Below, one piece after another: positions 26,351 through 34,924 of a stretch of 64,000 bases of DNA (its first letter is position 1; each line of letters starts with the position of its first letter). This DNA comes from Mytilus californianus (taxonomy: Eukaryota). The DNA lies in the NCBI RefSeq assembly GCF_021869535.1, contig NW_026262637.1:7254001-7318000 (forward strand). Direction: 5' to 3'. The position numbers were made by a program, and so were the translations under genes. The notes under the pieces were generated by a model. The model saw nothing but the letters and a program-made list of their open reading frames with translations. It was not told the DNA's origin and did no database searches.

Positions 26351-26922
26351 TCATAAAGTTTAGAAGGCTTGTCATGTCTTTTCCTGATCATTGTATTTTC
26401 TTTATGAACTCTTGAACAAATGCAATGATATAACAGCGTAGTACCTTTATACTGACCTCTGTATCCTTTCTTGTAGGAGTCACAAGAAAAGGGAAATTCA
26501 TAATCAACTGGCGATAAAACATATCAAAACAAAATGAGATACAATCCCTTAGTTTTTCATATATACAATTATCCGTAATCAGCAGCAGTGAAATTATAAT
26601 CTGTTACCGACCCGTATCTAGTCCGTATACAATGCGATTATACAAATCCCTATCTCCAGGGGCAAACAATGGGACCTAAATAAATCAGTACTATAGCAGT
26701 TTTCATTCGACATTTTAGTTTTCAAAGAGATTATTTGAAGATACAGAGGATATCAACTAGAAAGGGACACGTAGCAAGTCTTAAGGTTTAAGTGTCCTTG
26801 TGTTTCCCAACAATACGTTCAAAAGTACTTATATGTACAAATAGAGAGGTCATTGAAAGGTGAATGTCTTAGCTTTATTATATATAATATATATTAATTT
26901 CATAAATAATACAGTTTCTCTA

Positions 26923-27339
26923 ATTTTTTCACTATTTTTACATTTCCCAACCGATAGTGAAAAAAAATGATCTCCTCACTAGTGAAATATCTGTTCTCAA
27001 CAAATGATTGGTCGAAATTTAATTATGACGTCAAATTTTCTTGGTTTCTTCTGAATTTCCTATTGTGACGTCATGAAAAAGGCGACCATGCCTGATAACG
27101 TCACATATAAAGAACACGATTTTCTGCAAATCTTTGAAATGGAAGGATAAAAATCATTAGAGAAACAGATTCCACCACTATAACTCGTGTATTACAATAT
27201 TTCTCCCCTCAAAACAGTTAAATTTTAATATTTAAAACGCGAGGCTTCCCGAGCTTTTCAAATAATCAAAATTTAACTGTTGAGAGTGGAGAAATATTGT
27301 AACACACTTATTGCAGTGGTGGAATCTATATTTCTCTAA
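26923..27339. mobile_element. ~420-bp insertion with terminal ~180-bp hairpin (Crypton-like non-autonomous element, inferred)
   Basis: Absent from the paralogous copy B. Flanked by the direct repeat tttctctaa (26915-26923 / 27331-27339). Palindrome at 27159-27338; three tgacgtca-type motifs and a gattgg box in the left half. Confidence 0.7.
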
Positions 27340-27685
27340 AAGGTGTTCATAAGATATATTTCTAAATGTTTAAATGATTGAAAGAACTACAATAAGGTTA
27401 AAGATTTACAGTAACTGATCAAAAATGTACAAACTTGTATCTTAAGCTATAAAAATTTGGAATAAAGAAAAATGAAACTTTAGATAACTCCATTGTGCGT
27501 ATTTTTTTTCCCATGTATGGATTTTCCCCAATGCATTCCGATTGAGTTTTACTAGTTCACTGTGCGCACAATTATAAAGATAAAATGCATATCCTTAACC
27601 GGAAGTCAATAGCTCAGATTTAGCCAAACGTTTCCACGTACAGTATCCTTGTTGCTAGTATATATAGGTATAGGATATTCTTATT

Positions 27686-27713
<28 letters not shown>

Positions 27714-27717
<4 letters not shown>

Positions 27718-28190
27718 GATTGCCTAACAATGTAATTTTAACACACTATTTAGTATGTAAATATAAGAATGTTTAAAATATTTACAAAATGATGAAAATA
27801 AACGCAATATTTCGCTAGACTAACTAGCTTTATCAAGCGTGCATCTATCCAGGTGAAATCGGATGTAGATGATAAGAAACTTTTGCAGCTCAATGTATAT
27901 GTTGCACTTGAATTTAGCTGCCTTGAAAATAATACATAATTTGGATGAAGTTCAAGATTTTTACAAAATTGGTAGTTGAAGTTAGCAACGTCCATTGGCC
28001 AATATTACAGGATAAAAAGGACGATGCTGTGTACTAAATTATTCTTTATCTTTACTGTATCTTTTCTCATCTTTTTCGTTAAGACCATCAGGTTCTAAAG
28101 TGTGGAGTTGGTGGATCCAAAAATTTTCTCTTCTCCTTCTCGCCGTGGTGTCCCACTCGGTGTTGACTTCTATGATTTGGAAGGTAACAT
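27714..28190 (-). repeat. Inverted 5' pseudo-LTR (477 bp)
   Basis: Reverse complement of 30430-30906. The only difference I saw is RYSKDKE vs RYRKDKE (one substitution). Confidence 0.95.
27802..27840 (-). ncRNA. Second copy of the variant hammerhead (in the inverted pLTR)
   Basis: Exact reverse complement of 30780-30818. Confidence 0.6.
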
Positions 28191-30581
28191 AAAGAAAAAC
28201 AAAGGAATAAATTTCAAAGAGATAAAATTCACACTGTCTATTTAAATCAGGATATACATGATAGCAATACAACAAACCATAAGGTCCCTAGAAAAAGAAA
28301 ATTCAAAAGACGGAAACAAAAAACTGAAAGCATTGTTGTAAATTTGTCATCTAAAGAACTTACACGTGCTGAAGAATCTCTTTTAAGTAAAGGTTTAAAC
28401 TTCTGTCCTATCCCATCAAATGTAAATAACTTTCAGCTAGACGAGGACTTAGACCAATTCGCTAGACGTTTACGCTTGAAAGATTTTTTCTACAATAGGG
28501 GCAAGAAAAACCTTGAAGAAGCTGGATTAACAGATTCAGATACTGACACCAATGAAGAAGTCACGCCCATCCCAAAATTTAAGAAAAAAAGTTCATGGAA
28601 ACCACATAAGAGTAAAAATGATAACTTGGAGTCTTTTATTAACAACGTGAGGTCTGATATAAAGTCCTGTATAACAAATACAAGAAATTATAATTTATCC
28701 AAGTCAGAAAGCATTGCTTTGAAAGCGTTAAAAGATCAAGAGGATATCGTAATAAAACCTGCCGACAAAGGGGGCGCTGTGGTTGTCATGAATAAAACAG
28801 ATTACATAGCAGAGGGAAATCGCCAACTTTCAAACTCCATTTTTTATAAACAATTAACCACAGATCCAACACTAAATACTATTCGAAGGATCAACACCAT
28901 CCTTCAAGAGATGTTCGACAAAAAGCATATAGACAATGACACCTTTGATTATCTCCGACCTCTTGAGAACGAAGCAAAGGCCGGAAGATTCTATATGTTG
29001 CCTAAAATACATAAAACGGGCAATCCAGGTCGACCAATTGTTTCAGCAAGTAGTCATCCAACTGAAAAGATATCAGAATTTGTAGACCATCATCTAAGAC
29101 CTCATGTGAAAGAACTACCCTCTTACATCCAAGATACGACTGATTATCTAAAGAAAATGGAAAGCCTCAATCCTCTACCAAGCAATACTATACTTGCATC
29201 CATGGACGTGTCTTCTTTATATACCAACATTCCACAAGACGAAGGAATAGCAGCGTGTGAAGAGGTATGGAACACTCGTAGTGAAAAAAATCCTCCAACT
29301 GAGTGCCTTGTTACACTTCTGAAACTAGTGCTAGAGAACAACAACTTCTCTTTCAATGAAAAACATTATCTCCAGATAGACGGTACTAGTATGGGCACAA
29401 AAATGGCCCCGTCATATGCCAACATATTTATGGGCCAACTTGAAAAACGCCTCTTGGCTAGTGCTCCATACCAGGTCTTATCATGGTTCCGATTCATTGA
29501 CGATATTGATTTCAAATGGACAGATTCACAAGAACATCTTAATGAATTTCTAGGACACTGTAACTCTTTCCACCATTCAATAAAATTTACATATGAATCA
29601 TCTATGGAGAAAATAAACTTCCTCGACACTACGAGTTACATCAAGAACGGAACCATTATAACGGACCTTCATACCAAACAAACGGACAAACATCAATTCC
29701 TTTCTCCTAAAAGTTGCCATCCTAAACACTGCTCCCGTGGCATCCCATTCAGCCAGGCATTGCGAATCAAGAGAATATGCTCTACTGAAAATACGCAAAA
29801 TGCTAGACTTGGACAACTACGTAAACATCTAGTTGTTCGAGGATACAATAACAACATTGATAGCGCTTTCGAAAGAGCAAACAAAACTAGTCGCCAAGAA
29901 CTTCTAGAGTACAAAGATAAGAATAAAGCAGCTAACAGAACACCCCTTGTACTCACTTACCATCCTGATTTTAAAAATGTGTCTTCCATTGTTCAGAAGC
30001 ATTGGAAAATTGTAGAAAATGATTCCAATCTTAAAAAAGTATTTTCCTCACCACCAGTCATGGCCTTCAGAAGACCTAAAAACATCCGTGACAAATTAGT
30101 GACATCTGTATTAGCAAAGCAGCCTACTCCATCTCCCGGTTGCTACAAACAATGTGGTCGAAGGAACTGCTTGTGTTGTAAAGCTGCCAATACAAGCAGT
30201 TCTTTCATCAGCTCCGTTACTAAACAAAATTATACCATCTACTCAAATTCCAACTGTAAAACGGAGAACTCAATTTATATATTAACATGTGACACATGTG
30301 GCATTCAGTATGTGGGAGAAACAATGGACAAATTTAATATTCGGCTCAATAACCATCGTTCATGGTACAAAACCAACAAAAACTGTCCTCTCACAAGACA
30401 TCTTCGTTCAACGAAACATTCTTTTGATAATGTTACCTTCCAAATCATAGAAGTCAACACCGAGTGGGACACCACGGCGAGAAGGAGAAGAGAAAATTTT
30501 TGGATCCACCAACTCCACACTTTAGAACCTGATGGTCTTAACGAAAAAGATGAGAAAAGATACAGGAAAGATAAAGAATAA
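28191..30581 (+). CDS. PLE polyprotein: reverse transcriptase + GIY-YIG endonuclease (5'-truncated, 796 open codons)
   Basis: RT motifs FYMLPKIHK, ASMDVSSLYTNIP, GTSMGTKMAPSYANIFM, RFIDD, NFLDT. Thumb PLVLTYHP and FRRPKNIRDKLV. Cys linker CGRRNCLCC. Endonuclease IYILTCDTCGIQYVGET..H..H..RRRRENFWI. The frame is open from the inversion junction; there is no native start. Confidence 0.93.
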   Translation, partial: KEKQRNKFQRDKIHTVYLNQDIHDSNTTNHKVPRKRKFKRRKQKTESIVVNLSSKELTRAEESLLSKGLNFCPIPSNVNNFQLDEDLDQFARRLRLKDFFYNRGKKNLEEAGLTDSDTDTNEEVTPIPKFKKKSSWKPHKSKNDNLESFINNVRSDIKSCITNTRNYNLSKSESIALKALKDQEDIVIKPADKGGAVVVMNKTDYIAEGNRQLSNSIFYKQLTTDPTLNTIRRINTILQEMFDKKHIDNDTFDYLRPLENEAKAGRFYMLPKIHKTGNPGRPIVSASSHPTEKISEFVDHHLRPHVKELPSYIQDTTDYLKKMESLNPLPSNTILASMDVSSLYTNIPQDEGIAACEEVWNTRSEKNPPTECLVTLLKLVLENNNFSFNEKHYLQIDGTSMGTKMAPSYANIFMGQLEKRLLASAPYQVLSWFRFIDDIDFKWTDSQEHLNEFLGHCNSFHHSIKFTYESSMEKINFLDTTSYIKNGTIITDLHTKQTDKHQFLSPKSCHPKHCSRGIPFSQALRIKRICSTENTQNARLGQLRKHLVVRGYNNNIDSAFERANKTSRQELLEYKDKNKAANRTPLVLTYHPDFKNVSSIVQKHWKIVENDSNLKKVFSSPPVMAFRRPKNIRDKLVTSVLAKQPTPSPGCYKQCGRRNCLCCKAANTSSSFISSVTKQNYTIYSNSNCKTENSIYILTCDTCGIQYVGETMDKFNIRLNNHRSWYKTNKNCPLTRHLRSTKHSFDNVTFQIIEVNTEWDTTARRRRENFWIHQLHTLEPDGLNEKDEKRYRKDKE

Positions 30582-30906
30582 TTTAGTACACAGCATCGTC
30601 CTTTTTATCCTGTAATATTGGCCAATGGACGTTGCTAACTTCAACTACCAATTTTGTAAAAATCTTGAACTTCATCCAAATTATGTATTATTTTCAAGGC
30701 AGCTAAATTCAAGTGCAACATATACATTGAGCTGCAAAAGTTTCTTATCATCTACATCCGATTTCACCTGGATAGATGCACGCTTGATAAAGCTAGTTAG
30801 TCTAGCGAAATATTGCGTTTATTTTCATCATTTTGTAAATATTTTAAACATTCTTATATTTACATACTAAATAGTGTGTTAAAATTACATTGTTAGGCAA
30901 TCTATA
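30430..30906 (+). repeat. 3' pseudo-LTR (477 bp; endonuclease C-terminus + 3' UTR)
   Basis: Matches the inverted copy at 27714-28190. Confidence 0.95.
30780..30818 (+). ncRNA. Minimal type I hammerhead ribozyme, U3/A8 core variant
   Basis: acgc-TTGATAA-a-gctag(ttagt)ctagc-GAAA-ta-TT-gcgt. Stem I acgc/gcgt, 5-bp stem II, palindromic stem III aatatt. Confidence 0.65.
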
Positions 30907-30993
30907 ATTTTATTTGTGTAATTGAATTAATCTCTGTACTGATTAATCCACACTCCCATAGATTTGTATGTCATGTGCTGCTATTTATAGGCA

Positions 30994-31029
<36 letters not shown>

Positions 31030-31356
31030 AACTGAACGCATTTGACTAACAGGTCGAACAACAAATGTTCGCCAATGGCAGTCAGCAGGGTTTAAGAACA
31101 TTTGTTGTTCGACCTGTTAGTCAAATGCGTTTTGTTAAAATATACTTTTTCACTTTTTTGGTCTTTTGGAAAATGTTGTTTGTGCTGTATTTTGACCCCT
31201 CTAACAAGAAATTTGTTTTGCATGCACATGTATAAAAATTGCGGTTTTTATCCAACGCAATCATAGGTTTGAACGTTGTTTTCAATTTAGACTGTTTATA
31301 TATATATATATATATATATACTGATGTTCTGAAACCCTGCTGACTGCCATTGGCGA
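31030..31356. repeat. ~260-bp repeat monomer with an inverted, junction-spanning arm
   Basis: 31030-31095 is the reverse complement of [31332-31356 joined to 31096-31137]. Internal (TA)n at about 31299-31320. Confidence 0.8.
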
Positions 31357-31478
31357 TTGCCAAATAAACGGATCACCAGATGTAACAAAATGGATCTTAT
31401 TATTGATTTATTACCAAACAGAAAACAATAACTTTGCGGAAAAGATGGTATACCGCAAACATGAGGTGCAAAATTTGT

Positions 31479-31522
31479 ACACCATATCCGGATTTCGACA
31501 ATTAATGTCTCTTCAGTGATGT
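31479..31522 (-). ncRNA. Canonical minimal type I hammerhead ribozyme (retrozyme-type repeat)
   Basis: Minus strand acatca-CTGAAGA-gac(attaatt)gtc-GAAA-tccgga-TA-tggtgt. 6-bp stem I with one G.U pair, palindromic stem III atccggat, AUA cleavage triplet. Confidence 0.8.
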
Positions 31523-34500
31523 TAGGAATCGAAACGGTATTTGGAAGTCCATATAATTTACCTCAATTTAGGATAGACTCTTGAATTTTGAAAGAGTCGT
31601 AATAGGATGAACGGATCATATAGATATATATTCTAACGCCTGGTATTTCTTAATCATAAGAAATCCGATGGACAATGTTGCAGTTGTCACTACGCATAGG
31701 CAGGCATACATGTATATATAATAAAAAAGCATCCAGTAACTATACTGAAGAGAGGAGTAGAGGATCATTCCTGTACACTTAAAAAATACTTCGTGTATTG
31801 TGTCAGATGTCCTTGTATTATTCCTACGAGAAGGTAACACCTACCGAAACGAAAGCTGATTTTTATTAGCTATAAGTAGAGGAGGCGTCTGCGCAATGCT
31901 AGGCGGGGTTATCGTAGAAGTGAGAAATGAAAATTACAGGTTCCAACCCCACTCGGGGAGGAAGTAAAGAACCAGATCTACTCTAACATCGTTTTGTTGA
32001 TTTTTTAGGCACTTTATAAATATTCTAATGCCTGGTATTTCTTACGAAATCCGATGGAGAATGTATAATTTGCAGTTGTCACTTACACATGGACAGACAT
32101 ATATATATATATATATATAATTTCTGTGTCATTTGGTCTCTTGTGGAGAGTTGTCTCATTATTAATCATACCACATCTTCTTATTTTTATATGGAACAAA
32201 AAATATAGACTTTTGCACTTTTATATTACACTTGAAATCTTGTCTGAGACATACTAACCTCGCTGTTCATAATGCGTTTAGTTCAATTGCAATAAAACCT
32301 GGTTTTTACGATGCCTTCAATGTTACACTATTGAAACCTTCGAATTAATAATCCATGTCCATTGGAATAATGGCCTTCATTTCCTTTAAACTATTGCTTT
32401 CTTGACAAGTAAGAGAGATATTAAAGTGTAAATGAGGTCTTTCAAAGACTCATTTGTAATGACCTTCCATTAGCTCCAACCATCTTAAACTCGCTGTCAA
32501 AATTAAAAAAGAGAAATAGTGACCTTCCCATGAAAGACGAATGGCTGATATTGCCTTTATTTGTTTCACTTACAGGGTAAAAATTAGTAAGTTAAAGATA
32601 CCAGTAGCACTTGAAAAAATTTAAAGTCTAAATGGCGTACTTAAGAGGATGTTCTACAATATAAATTATATCTTTACCATCGAAATGTTATGCACAGCAA
32701 TACATTCCTGCTAAAGACTATTTTGACACAGATTGAAAATTGAACATGTGAAAATGTTTGCAAAGAATGAGATCCAAAACTAATTCTAATACATATATGA
32801 TATATAACACAGAGAATGACTTCCAGTAGAACTTTGTTTATGCTTGGATTGTCCTTTATCATATAGGTTTTGGATAAAAATTTAAAAACACAAGTACGCT
32901 TAAAATCTATCATCATTGGAATTAAAGCCATGTTTTTTATACAATTTATAATTCAGAATCATGTTCAGAAATACGACATAATATTGTAAAATCTTATGTT
33001 TAACTTATGAAGCAGTGATTGCAGAAAAGATTAAAGACGTTCTTGATATGAAATGGTGTTGGTTGGTGTGAATGTCTTTTTTTAATCCTGATTAAGTGCT
33101 GAATTTAATTTTGTGTTTTTTCAGAATATTAGGTATGGTCAATAAATACTCAACACGGCTTAAAAATAGAAAGTGGCATTTTTGCCAATGAAACAACTAA
33201 CACTGTAAGGTGGTATTGGTGGGGATCAATCTGTAGTTTTCGGTATTTTGTTTTATGAAACGTTTATCTGTCTCTCTTTTTCTTTTTGCCATGTTATATT
33301 TTTTTTACTAATGATTTCTGATTGCCCCCATGCTATCTTCCCTTTTTAAACTTTATAATATTAAAGTTCTATCCTTTCCAAGCCTGTATGTGTATAATAA
33401 ACAAGAAAAGAACCCAGCTATATTAGATAATTTCAAAGTAGAACTGTATTTCATCTTTTCGAAGTGGAAACGTAATGATTAATTACCACCTTATGTCTGA
33501 AGAAATCCAGGTGTAATCAATAAATTACATAACTAACTGGAGAAATATTCCTACAAATTAAGTCATTAGATTTTTATCAAAGGTATGTCATAAAGTAACA
33601 CGACAACTTCAAAATTGAGGTCCATAAAAGCCTTAATCACTCATCAGGCAAAATGTCAATATTTACATAATGTACTGTAACTTTTTCAAATTAAAAAGTA
33701 TTTTCTCTGAAACAAATTACTCATTTTCAAATATATACAGCTTTTAATCTTATGTCTTAGAAATCCAAGAGTAATTAATATTTTACGTTTCAAACTGGTT
33801 AAACCTTCCTTCAAAATCCATCAATCATTTTCCAGCAACGACACCATAACAACATAAAACATAGGACACCATGCCCTGCTAAAATAACAATTCTGGAAAA
33901 TCTGGATCAACGCTCTCATTTGTTGTATATATTGTAAAAAGTTCACATCAGAATTAACATGATTACTAAGTTTCTAGTTGATATGACCACAACTTCAGGG
34001 TAAACTACGTGTAACCAAAACCAACAGAAGGACAAACGGACTTACAGAACAAAGCACTCCAAGATCGACGGACTTACAGAACAAAGCACTCCAACATCGA
34101 AAAACAAAACATCAATCACTATTGTAGATTGGGCATAAAAGCACATCATACTGAACTGTGTAAACAGATGGATACATGCCAGGCTGAACATGACAACGTA
34201 ATCCAAACAGATTGAGGTTATATGTTATATTTACGTCGCAAATCACACAAAGTTGGCAAAAGAAATAAAAGACATGCACCTATTATGAATTTTACATTTA
34301 CAGACAAAATATATTGAAAAAAGAATGAATAGTAGGGTGAATGTACAAATAAATTACTGTCGGATAGAAATCAGATAAATGAAAGTTAAGTAGCAGAAAA
34401 ATAACCAAGTGGACTATGACAACAGGAAAACTCATTTGTATATTTATTTACAAAGACAATTACAAAATATAATTAAAATATAGTCACAGTTTAACAAACA

Positions 34501-34924
34501 ATTACAGTGAAATATGAAACAATAACTGCTTAGTACTAAATTAATTAAAATAAAAAGTTGTTGCACATGAGTTTGTCAGATGGAGAATATGATCATTATC
34601 TTCCACAGCTAAAATTATCTAAGTCTACAACCTCGAAATATTTCCCTTCTTTGCTCTTCCATTTCGTATATCTAATATGCTACTTTATACTTCCGTTTTT
34701 CTCTGTCAATATAATTTAATCCAAACTTATCATAAAGATAATTAAATACACATATGAGGGCGTTAGCCCGATTTAGTGTATCTAATTTACACCAAGATAA
34801 TATTGCCAAAGCAAAATGATAATTTTCAATAATTTAGGAGGGATTGGGGTGGTGTCTTTTAGCAATTTGACCATATGTTATTGAAAAGCATGATAAATGC
34901 ATGATATCCAATTTCTTTTAACGA

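Larger units (their letters stand above)
27714..30906 (+). mobile_element. Penelope-like retroelement (Neptune-type), 5'-truncated, with inverted pseudo-LTR
   Basis: Uninterrupted RT + GIY-YIG ORF. 27714-28190 is the reverse complement of 30430-30906. Hammerhead motif in the pLTR. The left end abuts (TA)n. Confidence 0.93.
26505..34742. repeat. Tandem segmental duplication, copy A (interrupted by insertions at 26923-27339 and about 27700-32118)
   Basis: 26505-27700 plus 32119-34742 is colinear with 34925-38362. By-eye identity is roughly 80-95% depending on the segment. Confidence 0.9.

Noticed and set aside
25201-26415. ORFs of 62, 115 and 111 aa with internal 31-aa periodicity
   Set aside because: By-products of the 31-bp satellite (3 units = 31 codons); frames break wherever units vary.
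28039-28275. 78-aa minus ORF ending like the PLE protein
   Set aside because: Inverted copy of the endonuclease C-terminus fused by chance to antisense sequence across the inversion junction.
29144-30520. Several minus-strand ORFs inside the PLE
   Set aside because: Antisense shadows of the RT/EN ORF.
30625-30870. Identical 81-aa ORFs at 30625-30870 (+) and 27750-27995 (-)
   Set aside because: Both lie in the pLTR 3' UTR; identity reflects the recent duplication. No recognisable domain, and the ORF overlaps the ribozyme.
32258-32503. Splice-like signals conserved in both duplication copies (also 35878-36115)
   Set aside because: No frame stays open across the segment in either copy; conservation is explained by the duplication itself.
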